Origin: a virus
Lineage: Duplodnaviria > Caudoviricetes
Strand: one strand, 5' to 3'
Length of the DNA stretch: 64,000 nt
IMG/VR virus record: IMGVR_UViG_3300037067_017859
Location: 32,001 to 96,000 of that record
Position numbers and translations under genes: made by a program. Position 1 is the first letter of the stretch, and every line of letters starts with the position of its first letter. The notes under the pieces were generated by a model, which was not told the DNA's origin, did not search any database, and saw nothing but the letters and a program-made list of their open reading frames with translations. This document shows positions 24,987 through 34,753 of this stretch, one piece after another.

Positions 24987-25517
24987 CTAAAAGGGGATGT
25001 CGTCGTCTGTAATAATTGGGCTTCCGGTCGCCTTGTCGTAAAGTTCTTCTTGGGTTCTGGTATCGGGTTTGATAGGAGAAGATTCCCTTGGGGCTTCTCG
25101 ATAACCGCCGGCTGGCGGTGAATTGTACTGGCTTGGCGCTCCATAACCTTCGTTTGCAGGTTGGGCATCTTGTGATGGCCTTGCTCCGCCAGGGGCGGTG
25201 ATTTCTCTTACGACAATCTCCGTAGATGTTTTTTCGGCTCCATCCCTTCCGGTGTATTTCCGTACTTGGATTTCACCTTGCACCACAACGAACTGACCTT
25301 TTTTAAGATACTGATAGCAGAATTCCGCTACTCTGTCAAAGGCTACGCAATTTATCCAAGTCGCGCTTTCCTTCGTTTCACCATCAGCATTCGCATAATT
25401 ACGGTTTACCGCAATACTGAATGTCGATCGAGCTTTCTTCCCGGGCGCCGCCGCGGACCCTTCCGGATCCCGGCCGAGATGTCCTGTACCAAACCACCGA
25501 TTCTGATCGTTTGCCAT
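24987..25517 (-). CDS. ssb: single-stranded DNA-binding protein
   Basis: GHLGRDPE, FSIAVNR, YLKKG, C-terminal DDDIPF; AGGAGG RBS. Confidence 0.95.
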   Translation of the reverse strand: MANDQNRWFGTGHLGRDPEGSAAAPGKKARSTFSIAVNRNYANADGETKESATWINCVAFDRVAEFCYQYLKKGQFVVVQGEIQVRKYTGRDGAEKTSTEIVVREITAPGGARPSQDAQPANEGYGAPSQYNSPPAGGYREAPRESSPIKPDTRTQEELYDKATGSPIITDDDIPF

Positions 25518-25526
25518 TTTATCCTC

Positions 25527-27713
25527 CTATAAAATTTCCACAGTTCCATTCACAATGTTAATTCTGCTATCGGCAAGATCTTTCAACCTATCCTGATGCG
25601 CAATGAAGAAAACTTTTAAGAAATGTCCGATCTCTCGGGCGCGGCGAAGCATTTGGATATACCGCGGCGCATTGTCATCATCCAATGGCCCGGTAGTCTC
25701 ATCTCGGAAAAGAGTCTGCCAGGCAATGCCTGATTTCATTTTATTGAAAATGGCGATTGCAAGGCTCACTGCCTCAGCGACAATGACTTGTTCTCCTCCT
25801 GAAAGTCCGTCAATGCTTCCTTCGCGGCCTTTTTCGGAATCAATAACGAAGATATCGAACTCGTCTTTATAACCACTTCCATCAGCCTTGGGAAGCTGAG
25901 TAAGGAATTTAATACTGAATCTCGGACCAAAGCAGGAGAACAAAAGATCATTGGTAATGCTACTGACAGTCGGTCCGGCCGCATCGATCTCGAGAGATTG
26001 AATGCCATTAGGGCCAAAGGCTTCAATGAGTAAATTCCAATCCTTCTGATCTGCCTCGAGATCGCAAATGGTTGCTTTCAATGGAAGCAATTTCTTTTGG
26101 CTTTCCTCTATTGATTTTTTGAGAGATTCCGCCCGGACAATATCCTTGTTAACATCATACATATTGCCTTCCAGTAAGTTTTTGTTGCCATTACAACCAA
26201 TAAGATCTTGTTGAGCCTTATTGAGTTCATCTTGGGCAACTGCAACCTTCCTACCTTCATCTTTGGCGGCGGAAATTTCCTGTTCGGCCAAACGCAAACC
26301 TTCTTCTGCTGTAATTATCTGTTCTTTTATTTCTCCTACTTTTGCTTTTGCCTGTTCGATTTGAGCGGCAATTGTAGGAGAGGCGATCGCCTCGAGGGAT
26401 TTGATCCGGGATTCTATGGCTTTATTAGTTTCTTCCCATTCCTTTATTTGATTATCATAGTTGTTAAGACTCTCAATGTTAGGTTTGTGAATAAGCTTTT
26501 GATCGTCCTGGATCTTGAGCATCCCCTGAGTGGTATTGAGATATTCCACATTCAAGTTCTCAAGGTTGTTCTTTGCTTCGATCGCCCGAATAAGGAATTG
26601 ACATTGCGCAAAATCCCCCTCTGCCTTGCAGGGAACTTCATCAATAGTAGCCGAATCTCGTTTGGCGTCATCAATTGATTTCTCGCAAAGCTTTCTTTTT
26701 GTTTGGAGCCTCAACCATTGCTCACGAAGAGAATTAACCTGTTTGTCGTACTCTTCTTTTTCCAATTGGAGAGTCCGGCGCTGGAGATTAAGTTGAGATA
26801 ATGTCTTACGACTCTGTAATTGATCCTCACGTTTTAATGATAGTTCCTGTATCGCATCTGAGATTTTGTCTTCATTTTCGAGGAGTTTCTGGTTCGCTTC
26901 CAATCGGGATTTTAGAGCCGTTGCCTTCTTTGCAAACCCGGTATACTTCTCCGATTCTTGTAAAATCCGGTCCTGAATAAATGTCCGGTTGGCCACTTTT
27001 GTCTTGAGGATCCCGATTAATTCAACGAGTCTGGTAGATTCATTGGAACATTGGAGATGTTTAGCCTCATACTCCTGCAAGATTTCTTTCAAGTGTTCTA
27101 TATCGGGAACTTTTACTTTGAGTTGTTCCTCAATTATGGCCGCCTCAGCCCGTTTGGCAGTAAGGTCAGTACTGCATTTCTGATATTCTTTCCGGAATTC
27201 CTCTGTTGCAGTCTGGAGGAGAGCTAAATTAAGCATTTTTATAAACAAACTCTTGCGATCGATTTTGGCCAGTTTAATAAAACTGCCGCGCTTATTCTGC
27301 GCCGCGAAAGAACTGGCCATAACCATTTCAGCATTGCCGAACAGATTAGCCGCCACGGCATCAAAATCTTTGGTCTTTCCGGTTATCCCGGGGAGGGGAT
27401 TATGTTGGCCGTCATAAAGGAACGCTTCCATCTTTGAATAAACCGCATCAATATTGACCACGACTTCATAAGGCTGGTTGTGCCAATCAAATTTAAAATC
27501 AACCATGGCATCCCGGCCACTACAGAATTCATAAACGGCGGGGCGCGAGGGGAAAATCCGGTAGAGGGAAAGGAATATTGATTCCATAAGAGAAGTTTTC
27601 CCTTGCCCGTTCTTTCCAGAAATGGCAATCAGATTGCCGGGGATTGCCTTAAAATCCACAGAAACATCTTTCAGGACGGTGACGCCCCTAACTTTCAATT
27701 CCATTGGTATCAT
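25527..27713 (-). CDS. SbcC/Rad50-like SMC ATPase
   Basis: GKNGQGKTS, coiled coils with central CxxxxxxxxC hook, LSGGE, FRDE, IAH. Confidence 0.9.
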   Translation of the reverse strand: MIPMELKVRGVTVLKDVSVDFKAIPGNLIAISGKNGQGKTSLMESIFLSLYRIFPSRPAVYEFCSGRDAMVDFKFDWHNQPYEVVVNIDAVYSKMEAFLYDGQHNPLPGITGKTKDFDAVAANLFGNAEMVMASSFAAQNKRGSFIKLAKIDRKSLFIKMLNLALLQTATEEFRKEYQKCSTDLTAKRAEAAIIEEQLKVKVPDIEHLKEILQEYEAKHLQCSNESTRLVELIGILKTKVANRTFIQDRILQESEKYTGFAKKATALKSRLEANQKLLENEDKISDAIQELSLKREDQLQSRKTLSQLNLQRRTLQLEKEEYDKQVNSLREQWLRLQTKRKLCEKSIDDAKRDSATIDEVPCKAEGDFAQCQFLIRAIEAKNNLENLNVEYLNTTQGMLKIQDDQKLIHKPNIESLNNYDNQIKEWEETNKAIESRIKSLEAIASPTIAAQIEQAKAKVGEIKEQIITAEEGLRLAEQEISAAKDEGRKVAVAQDELNKAQQDLIGCNGNKNLLEGNMYDVNKDIVRAESLKKSIEESQKKLLPLKATICDLEADQKDWNLLIEAFGPNGIQSLEIDAAGPTVSSITNDLLFSCFGPRFSIKFLTQLPKADGSGYKDEFDIFVIDSEKGREGSIDGLSGGEQVIVAEAVSLAIAIFNKMKSGIAWQTLFRDETTGPLDDDNAPRYIQMLRRAREIGHFLKVFFIAHQDRLKDLADSRINIVNGTVEIL

Positions 27714-27991
27714 TGGTCTCTCCTTGTAACTTTCCCATTATCTTCCGGATACCAGAAGACAAAATCCGTGCCTATAACTTCTTGGATTTGTTCCATATGT
27801 TTCATAAAGAAGCCATTCTTTAATCCAATTAGTCTGGCGTATCCCCATATAACAACCTTGTCTCCGTCTGCTTCATAATAACCTCCAGACATACCACAAT
27901 CGCAATATCGTGGATCAGGTTTCCCATCGAGAAAACCACGGAGTTTTATAACGTCATGGCATCCTTGGCAGAATATGAGTTTCATCGGCAT
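27710..27991 (-). CDS. small zinc-binding hypothetical protein
   Basis: MKLIFCQGCHDV...CDCG. Confidence 0.7.
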   Translation of the reverse strand: MPMKLIFCQGCHDVIKLRGFLDGKPDPRYCDCGMSGGYYEADGDKVVIWGYARLIGLKNGFFMKHMEQIQEVIGTDFVFWYPEDNGKVTRRDQ

Positions 27992-29130
27992 CTCAACTCA
28001 AAAATTGCTAATTTGGTTTTCATTCCGAGAACTGTGGCTTCATCCGGGCGCTTGTTTGTGGCAGTCCAGAAGACTTCAAGCTTCTCCTCGAGGGATTCCG
28101 CCTTGGAGATCTCCACAGCCCGGACCAATTCTTTAGGGCGAACCTGCGGATCAATCTTTACCTCGATAGCGCCGGCCTCCAGTAAAATCTTTTCGAGTTC
28201 TTCTTTTGCATGCGCAAGGTTGGCTCCCTCTTCAATCTGCAAGAGAGCCCGGACCCGGGCGCCTTTCGCCCGTGCCTTCATTTCCCCGTATTGCTCCGGC
28301 GTCATTGATAGCTGGAGAGGCCAAATACATTCGACGCTGAACCTGTCGACAGTTTGCAGCTTATACCATTCGGTACATCCGGACATAGTATCGAGAACCG
28401 CGCAGAACTTATCTGGAGTTTCCCCATAATCCATAGCGGCCGGCGATCCAGGATAGAAGAACCTGTTTGTCTCATTGAGGTTTTGACCAAGATGAATATG
28501 GCCAAAAATACCAGCGTAAAGGCCGGATTCAGTGAGATCATATTGTCCAAAACTGATTCCTTCTCCTATAAGAGGCTGATGGTTTTGAGCTAATGCACCC
28601 TCAACTAGGAGATGGCTTATCAGAATATTCTTTACGTTCGGGTTTTTGGCATTTTCCAGAATTACGTTGTTTTTCACATACTGCAAGGCCATTTGGGAAA
28701 CGGTTTTGTCTCCCTCTTCCTTCGACGCTCCAATATGCTGGCTCTGCCAGGTTGCTTTCGTGAACCATGGCAAAATGTGGAAGGTAATTTGCTCATATTG
28801 TGGATCTTGAACCGGCCAGAGAATATAAGGCCGATCCACCAGGGTTATCCCATGTTTCAGATCGAGATGACTAAAAATGTCGAGGTCGCCCGGCTGATCG
28901 TGATTCCCATAGCAGGCGACCACTGGCGCAACAGAACACATTTCCTGCATAAGCCTACGCAGTAGGTTGCGTCCATCCGCGGAGCTTTTATGATCGAAGA
29001 AATCACCGGGGAGGGCGATATAATCCACCTTTTGTTCCCGGAAGATCTTTACAATTTGCAAAACCGAGTTTTCAATATCGGCATCCATGCCGTCATCAAT
29101 ATGCCAATCGGCCGTCGAACCAATTCTCAT
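27982..29130 (-). CDS. SbcD/Mre11-like metallophosphoesterase nuclease
   Basis: ADWH, GDFFD, GNHD, GHIH, YPGS. Confidence 0.9.
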   Translation of the reverse strand: MRIGSTADWHIDDGMDADIENSVLQIVKIFREQKVDYIALPGDFFDHKSSADGRNLLRRLMQEMCSVAPVVACYGNHDQPGDLDIFSHLDLKHGITLVDRPYILWPVQDPQYEQITFHILPWFTKATWQSQHIGASKEEGDKTVSQMALQYVKNNVILENAKNPNVKNILISHLLVEGALAQNHQPLIGEGISFGQYDLTESGLYAGIFGHIHLGQNLNETNRFFYPGSPAAMDYGETPDKFCAVLDTMSGCTEWYKLQTVDRFSVECIWPLQLSMTPEQYGEMKARAKGARVRALLQIEEGANLAHAKEELEKILLEAGAIEVKIDPQVRPKELVRAVEISKAESLEEKLEVFWTATNKRPDEATVLGMKTKLAIFELRCR

Positions 29131-29153
29131 TGCTTAATTTCTCCTTTTATATA

Positions 29154-29672
29154 CTAACTTCCTAATTGCTCTTCTGTTCCTTCCCATACGAATTGATCAA
29201 GAGGAAAGTGAGACTTACAATTAACGCAGAAGGTTCCGCTGTAGAATCCGGGATCTCGGGCATAGGTTTCTGCAAGAGGTATGCCCATGGTAGTCATAGT
29301 ATTACAGGTCTTGTGCCTGTAGGATCTTCGGAGTGGTCGCACGAATCCTTTGCCTCTCTCTTCGGCGCTGAGAACAACATAATCCTTCTGTTGGCCTGAA
29401 GACAGGATCTCCCGGTGATCTTCTGTAACCGGAGAGCCGTCAAGAAGCACTCGGGCCGTACGGTCTACCGGAGGGATTGATTTAATTCTGAGTTCTTCCT
29501 CAACCATGCCCACTCGTTCCAATAACAATAGAGCAAAAAGACGCGCTTGCTGGCGGGAAAAAATAATATGTCCAACCCCGTTTTCATCGGGATGAAGATC
29601 GGGATGATTGACAACAATCTCACCATTTTCGTTGTGACCAACTTTCAAAACACCTTTATGTTTATTGACCAT
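29154..29672 (-). CDS. conserved phage hypothetical protein (Zn-binding C-terminal domain)
   Basis: YVVLSAEERGKGFVRP...AETYARDP..Y..TFCxxC. Confidence 0.7.
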   Translation of the reverse strand: MVNKHKGVLKVGHNENGEIVVNHPDLHPDENGVGHIIFSRQQARLFALLLLERVGMVEEELRIKSIPPVDRTARVLLDGSPVTEDHREILSSGQQKDYVVLSAEERGKGFVRPLRRSYRHKTCNTMTTMGIPLAETYARDPGFYSGTFCVNCKSHFPLDQFVWEGTEEQLGS

Positions 29673-30597
29673 TTATTCCTCCAATTTGGGAGACACTCAA
29701 AAATGCCGAATTAACCACCTGTTTAAAAAGCGTCCCGCCTATTCTTTCGGCTGCCAATTCCTGATACGCCAGGTCAAGTCCAATACCGACACGTCCGAGA
29801 TCCTGCGCGACCATAACCGTTGTTCCGCTCCCCACAAACGGATCGAATATTACATCCCCTGGACGACTGCCGGCTTTGATGCAGCGCTCCGGGATCTCTC
29901 GTGGGAATGTGGCAAAATGGGCGCCAGAATATTTTTGCGTCGAGAAGCGCCATACAGATCTGATATTGCGATCTTCTGTTATCGCTCTGAATGCGTTTCG
30001 CCCCGTTATGGCCATCTCTTCAGTCTTGCCGTTGAACGAGCCTTTTCTAGCAGAGGATCTCAACCCCGCACAAATAGCCGGTTCTTTCATTTCATTGGTG
30101 TTGTAAAAATATTTGAGAGACTTAGAGAATAGAAAAATGTATTCATGGGACGTTAGCGGCCGATCAATAGTAGCGCCTGGTTGAGCGTTCGGTTTTTCCC
30201 AAATAATATCAGACCTGAGATTCCATCCCTGAGCCTGCATTGCCAACGCTATCCTCCAGGGAATGCCAATAAGGTTTTTAGGCTGCAATCCAGTATTCTC
30301 ACTTATCCTTGGAACGCATACAGGGGCCTTATCGCGTCGAAAGCTGTTATAATTTCTAGTTCCAGATGAATACGAATCCCCTAAATTCATCCAAAGAGTT
30401 CCGTCATCTTTCAGCACTCGGTACAATTCTTTCGACACGTCAAGGATGGAAGCCAGGTATTCCTCCGGGGTGGGTTCTAACCCTATCTGTTTTGGATCTC
30501 TGTAATCCCTTAAACGCCAATAGGGCGGACTCGTCACCACACATTGAACTGATTTATCTTTGAGCGGTATATGCCGGGCATCAGCTTTAATAAGCAT
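29662..30597 (-). CDS. DNA methyltransferase, N4-cytosine/N6-adenine (beta class)
   Basis: TSPPY precedes HFATFP and DPFVGSGT. Confidence 0.9.
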   Translation of the reverse strand: MLIKADARHIPLKDKSVQCVVTSPPYWRLRDYRDPKQIGLEPTPEEYLASILDVSKELYRVLKDDGTLWMNLGDSYSSGTRNYNSFRRDKAPVCVPRISENTGLQPKNLIGIPWRIALAMQAQGWNLRSDIIWEKPNAQPGATIDRPLTSHEYIFLFSKSLKYFYNTNEMKEPAICAGLRSSARKGSFNGKTEEMAITGRNAFRAITEDRNIRSVWRFSTQKYSGAHFATFPREIPERCIKAGSRPGDVIFDPFVGSGTTVMVAQDLGRVGIGLDLAYQELAAERIGGTLFKQVVNSAFLSVSQIGGINGQ

Positions 30598-30621
30598 ATC
30601 TTTTTTAAAGAATCTAAAATA

Positions 30622-31674
30622 TTACTGAAGATCAGGAAGCTTGGAGAAAGAGTCTTCGATGGCTTTCAATTCTCCATCATTAAGCTCTGAGAGTCCTGGG
30701 CGCCCGGGAGACAGTTCCTCACGGGTTTTGCCTTTTTTGGAAAGGTAATACTTGGTGATTCTCTCAATTTGAGCATCACGCTGTTTCCAGTATTCCCTCT
30801 CTGCTATTTCATCGGGGTCTAATTCTTCAAGTGGGGTTGTATTTGGTGGGGGAAGAGCCACTGGAGGCATCGGTTCCGGGAATTGAGGATTCTGCGCTGC
30901 TTCAATGGCGCTGGCGGTATCGGCTTCCAGCCTCATGACTTTGAACAATTCATTCTCGATACCCATTTGTTTTGCAGCCATAATGGTAAGCAATTTGTTC
31001 TTGTTAGCGGGATCGATCGAATCGATATTGAAGGCCATGCGTAAAACTACGAAGGGCTTATCCATTTCCTCTGGATAATAGCTGGTTTGGACTCCGAGAA
31101 GCGCCCGGAGCACCCGAAGTTTTGCTTTTGTAATGGTTTGTTGTTCAATATTTTGGCGCAGCTTGGCTAATTGCTCTGGATGTCCGGCCATGCCCAAGGC
31201 TTGGGGTGAGTCTTCGCGGAGATCATAACCAAACCCATCGCTTTGAGACCGGATCTGTCCGTCGATGTCACGAATATAACCAGTAGCCTGATACCGGCAA
31301 ACATGAGAATCTTTTCCATCATCCACTCGATGAATGGTAGAGGCTCCGGTTTTGGGATCTTCCCAGGAAACGCCGGCAAGCTGTTCCAGGCGCCATAACC
31401 CAATTTTCGTCAGACCAACTTTTCTGGTCCCTTTAATAGGGTAAAGCTCCTGGTCTATATATTCTCCCTTGTCGTTTTGTTTTCTGCTGATTGTGTATTG
31501 ATGAATAAAAACATTCCATCCCTGCGGGAGATAAGGGACAGCCGAACGGCAGAACGGCGTTAAGATGTGGGCTTTGTCCCGGGCTGCCATGAGTTCGTTT
31601 TGAATTGTTTCTAAATCGTGAGTAACCATACTGCGGAGTGCTAATGCTTGATTTGACGCCATGATACCCTCCAA
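30622..31674 (-). CDS. putative single-strand annealing / recombination protein
   Basis: LTKIGLxRLxxLAGV...TKAKLRVLRALLG; first gene of the operon containing SbcCD and SSB; function inferred from context. Confidence 0.45.
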   Translation of the reverse strand: MEGIMASNQALALRSMVTHDLETIQNELMAARDKAHILTPFCRSAVPYLPQGWNVFIHQYTISRKQNDKGEYIDQELYPIKGTRKVGLTKIGLWRLEQLAGVSWEDPKTGASTIHRVDDGKDSHVCRYQATGYIRDIDGQIRSQSDGFGYDLREDSPQALGMAGHPEQLAKLRQNIEQQTITKAKLRVLRALLGVQTSYYPEEMDKPFVVLRMAFNIDSIDPANKNKLLTIMAAKQMGIENELFKVMRLEADTASAIEAAQNPQFPEPMPPVALPPPNTTPLEELDPDEIAEREYWKQRDAQIERITKYYLSKKGKTREELSPGRPGLSELNDGELKAIEDSFSKLPDLQ

Positions 31675-31732
31675 TTAATACTTCTATTGTTCTCTAGGGA
31701 CTTCCATAATCTCCAGAGGGTTTGACTGAGCC

Positions 31733-31762
31733 ACTATAGATTTCGAGTTATAATAATGTCAA
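31733..31762 (-). promoter_or_regulatory. sigma70-like promoter of the replication/recombination operon
   Basis: TTGACA, 18-nt spacer, TATAGT. Confidence 0.6.
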
Positions 31763-31765
31763 TGC

Positions 31766-31813
31766 AAAAAAATACCGCTCTCCGGATCGGGCGAGATTCC
31801 GAAGAGCGGTATT
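31766..31813 (-). terminator. rho-independent terminator of the late/lysis operon
   Basis: AATACCGCTCT/AGAGCGGTATT stem followed by a T-tract on the minus strand. Confidence 0.75.
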
Positions 31814-31839
31814 ACGGGCACAGAGGTTCCAACCAAATA

Positions 31840-32172
31840 TTATAGTGGTTCCTCTATGGGTGGTTCTACAGCCGGATTATCGATCGCGGCGATGGCTTTT
31901 GCTGTATCGGCCAAAGCGGCAACCTTGTTCTGGATTTCAGTCATTCCCGCCAATACTTCGGGCGGAGTTTGATTGCTGGCGCTTTTGAGGCGTTCAATGT
32001 CTGCTTGAATCTCTGTCAGCACCGGATCCAGAGAGGAAAGTTTTTCGGTAATATCGGTTTTGAAAGCTGCAAAGTCTTCTTGTAAGCTCATTACTTGCTC
32101 CTTAATTTTGTGAATTTCTGGTTGATCCATTCTACCAGAAAAAAATCTGATAATCTTATTTAAAAATCCCAT
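31840..32172 (-). CDS. coiled-coil hypothetical protein (possible internal start MSLQ, 32091)
   Basis: Amphipathic helices; AAGGAG before the internal Met. Confidence 0.65.
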   Translation of the reverse strand: MGFLNKIIRFFSGRMDQPEIHKIKEQVMSLQEDFAAFKTDITEKLSSLDPVLTEIQADIERLKSASNQTPPEVLAGMTEIQNKVAALADTAKAIAAIDNPAVEPPIEEPL

Positions 32173-32178
32173 GTATCC

Positions 32179-32781
32179 CTACTTTGTATTAAAACTTCGA
32201 ATTGGACTCTCGAGTGGTTTTTCACCACAAACGCTGTGTGCTTTATAAAAATAATGAGTCCGGGGTGTTAATCCAGTGATAACAACCAGATGATCGGTCG
32301 TCCCCAAGTTATTGGCCTTCACTGCTAAAAGGCGCGATGGATCGGTCCCATATAGAACCGTCCCGCTGCAATCGGCCGTCGTCGCCCAAACGATCGTGGC
32401 GGCCGTAGATGACACGGAAGAAACATTCAGTTGAACAATATCGGGTCCGGTTTGGATCGCTAAATTGACGGATTGGACCCAACCAGTGAGGGTTGTATTC
32501 ACTTCATTGGAAAAATCACTTTCGTCTCCTGCGGCATTAAACGCAGTTACCGCAAAGTAGTAAGTTCCGGGCCCAAGCCCCGTTACCGTATACGTTGTTT
32601 GGTTGCCTATGACAATGGGTGCGCCATAGGTACGGGTGACGGTCCCAACGTAAACCTTATAGCCGGCGATATTGGGGGAGACGCTGGCATCCCAGGCAAG
32701 ATTGACATCGGAAGGGAAAGCCATGGGAACAAATAATAACAGGAATAAAAGAAAGAATATTGCTCTCATGGCCTTCCCCAT
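32179..32781 (-). CDS. secreted protein with two fibronectin type III-like domains
   Basis: Signal peptide MRAIFFLLFLLLFVPMAF; LAWDAS...GYKVYVG...YTVTGL..GTYYFAVTA; second domain ATIVW...HxVxITGLTPRTHYFY. Confidence 0.85.
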   Translation of the reverse strand: MGKAMRAIFFLLFLLLFVPMAFPSDVNLAWDASVSPNIAGYKVYVGTVTRTYGAPIVIGNQTTYTVTGLGPGTYYFAVTAFNAAGDESDFSNEVNTTLTGWVQSVNLAIQTGPDIVQLNVSSVSSTAATIVWATTADCSGTVLYGTDPSRLLAVKANNLGTTDHLVVITGLTPRTHYFYKAHSVCGEKPLESPIRSFNTK

Positions 32782-32785
32782 ATGT

Positions 32786-32998
32786 TTATAACCCAGGATG
32801 TTCTTTCCGCCACTCTTCGATTTCCTTGATATTTTCGGCATAGATCATGTTTGACTGTTCAAGGAAATCTCCAATGGTCATACTGGGATCCGCATCTTTG
32901 ATCGCACTGATGATCCTAAAGATGCTTAGAAGCACATTATCGGCGTAGTTAAGCACATCCAGGGTCGTTTGGATCGATTTATTGGCATCAGTGGCCAT
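32786..32998 (-). CDS. hypothetical protein
   Basis: GGAGG RBS. Confidence 0.65.
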   Translation of the reverse strand: MATDANKSIQTTLDVLNYADNVLLSIFRIISAIKDADPSMTIGDFLEQSNMIYAENIKEIEEWRKEHPGL

Positions 32999-33000
32999 TG

Positions 33001-33453
33001 TTAGCCTCCCGATACCTGAGATATAACAATAATTGAGGAGATCGTAGTTCTCAGGAGAATAAATCCACCTTCGACCTTTTGTTTTAGGACCGGATCTTTA
33101 ATGGCCAAAACAAATTCAATCTTAGTCGGATCCAACGAATCGCTTATTGGCACAAGTAATGCCAGGATTTTCTTGCGACTGTCGGGATCTAATTTTTGGA
33201 CCGCATTAAGGACATTCACTATTTGCTGGCCGGCGACATTGGCCCGTTCGCATATTTCCAAAGCCTTGCCGGTATTTTCCACCGACAGGAATCCAGCCTT
33301 CTCCGCGGCAATTATATTTTTCTGAACCTCCGTCAATGTCGTTCCATAGACCGCCATCGACTTGGAAACCTTCATAAGATCATTGTCGCTGCATGCCGTC
33401 ATGCACAAGACAAGACTCAAAATCAAAAAAGACATCACAAAATTACGCTTCAT
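33001..33453 (-). CDS. putative lipoprotein (possible spanin-like component)
   Basis: MKRNF, hydrophobic stretch, MTA-C lipobox; AAGGAG RBS; lysis cassette. Confidence 0.65.
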   Translation of the reverse strand: MKRNFVMSFLILSLVLCMTACSDNDLMKVSKSMAVYGTTLTEVQKNIIAAEKAGFLSVENTGKALEICERANVAGQQIVNVLNAVQKLDPDSRKKILALLVPISDSLDPTKIEFVLAIKDPVLKQKVEGGFILLRTTISSIIVISQVSGG

Positions 33454-33463
33454 GCTTTCTCCT

Positions 33464-33748
33464 TTATTGTTTTGGTTCAACATCCGGTTTACTGGATTCT
33501 ACCACAGGAGGGATTGGATTTCTCGTGGCGGGATCCGATTCATTCGTAACACCAGTCCCAAGCAATCCAATATTTTTGATCATATTGGCAAACACGTTGT
33601 TCCCCAAGCCAAGGAGCAATCCACCGATTGCAGCCGGCGCAAGAGCATCACTCCACGAAGTGAGAGTCAAAATCCAGGCTCCTACTGTTATGCAAAGCAC
33701 CATAATAAAAAGAAGTTTCCGCCTATCACTAAGAATCTGAGTTGTCAT
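33464..33748 (-). CDS. putative holin
   Basis: Two TM helices; directly downstream of the putative endolysin. Confidence 0.55.
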   Translation of the reverse strand: MTTQILSDRRKLLFIMVLCITVGAWILTLTSWSDALAPAAIGGLLLGLGNNVFANMIKNIGLLGTGVTNESDPATRNPIPPVVESSKPDVEPKQ

Positions 33749-33758
33749 CGTTCCCTCC

Positions 33759-34163
33759 TTATTCCTCAATGGTCAGATAGAACTGATCCAGTTTCCCGAA
33801 CTTTAACATGAACTCGTCAAACCCGCCGCCGTTGCCGCAATGAAGGATTGCCGGAACGCCATCCAACACTCCGAATTCTTCTCCCACAGCAATGCATCCA
33901 TCAAGCTGCATTTCCTTGTTGGCCTTGTGGAAAAGGATGCGATCATGGCCTTCTACTTGAATTTCAAAGGTCGGGTAGCCACCCTTATTGTAAAAGTCTT
34001 TCTTGCAGAGAAGCCGAACTCCTGCCGGGATTTTGGTGATTTGCCTTCCATCCACCAAATAGGTGCGTTCCAGCGTGAGAGCGAAGGGAATGTGGTCTTC
34101 TCCCATCATGACGCCAAAGGCTCCCGGATCCACCTTTGAAACACGTTTAATAAAGAGGTCCAT
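33759..34163 (-). CDS. DUF5675-like putative peptidoglycan peptidase (endolysin candidate)
   Basis: TLE...IPAG...RILFHxAN...GCIAVG. Confidence 0.7.
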   Translation of the reverse strand: MDLFIKRVSKVDPGAFGVMMGEDHIPFALTLERTYLVDGRQITKIPAGVRLLCKKDFYNKGGYPTFEIQVEGHDRILFHKANKEMQLDGCIAVGEEFGVLDGVPAILHCGNGGGFDEFMLKFGKLDQFYLTIEE

Positions 34164-34174
34164 GATATAAAATC

Positions 34175-34648
34175 CTATTTTATTAATTTATCTGAATGTA
34201 AAAGAAGTAGATTCCCGAGTGTACTTAATGCCAGTCCAACGGCGATCCAAATTAGCGGTCGGATTATTCCCCACCATTTTTCGGAATTCTTTTTCTCAAC
34301 TTCTTGGCTTCTGATTTCAATCTGCATCTTTTCCAATTCTTGCCTGACTGTTAATGGAACAGGAAAATTCCCTGATGCTAAGGAAGTAGAAAACTCCTGA
34401 ATTTTTTCTTTTACCGGGCAATCAATTTTATGATTTCTTATTTCATCTTTGTTTTGCTCGGTGCGGAAATACAATTCCTTAACCGAACCATTCAGTTTAG
34501 CCAAATGATCGATTACGTGCTTTTGTCCAACATCGAGCGTATTGGTTGAAATCTTAATTTCTACCTGTCCTGCGTTCAAAGTTACAATAGAAGATCTTAA
34601 TTCGTTTAATTCAGCGCACACGTGTACTTGAAATTCTTCAGGAGTCAT
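34175..34648 (-). CDS. coiled-coil protein with C-terminal TM (lysis-associated)
   Basis: HLAKLNGSV; C-terminal hydrophobic helix. Confidence 0.6.
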   Translation of the reverse strand: MTPEEFQVHVCAELNELRSSIVTLNAGQVEIKISTNTLDVGQKHVIDHLAKLNGSVKELYFRTEQNKDEIRNHKIDCPVKEKIQEFSTSLASGNFPVPLTVRQELEKMQIEIRSQEVEKKNSEKWWGIIRPLIWIAVGLALSTLGNLLLLHSDKLIK

Positions 34649-34753
34649 ACGTAAAGATCCTATGTAATAAGCATATTGCATGGGAAGATCCCCAAAACCG
34701 CTTCACCCTATCTTCTAACATCTTTTAAGCTCCACACACCGGGTCCGGTATCA

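Noticed and set aside
24968-25168. N-terminal extension of the 24566 ORF overlapping ssb
   Set aside because: An alternative frame of the SSB tail; the conserved-looking part begins only after the ssb stop.
26932-26946. Degenerate copies of the 15-bp palindrome inside coding regions (also ~12273, ~33480, ~63380)
   Set aside because: 13/15 or fewer matches and inside ORFs; compatible with chance.
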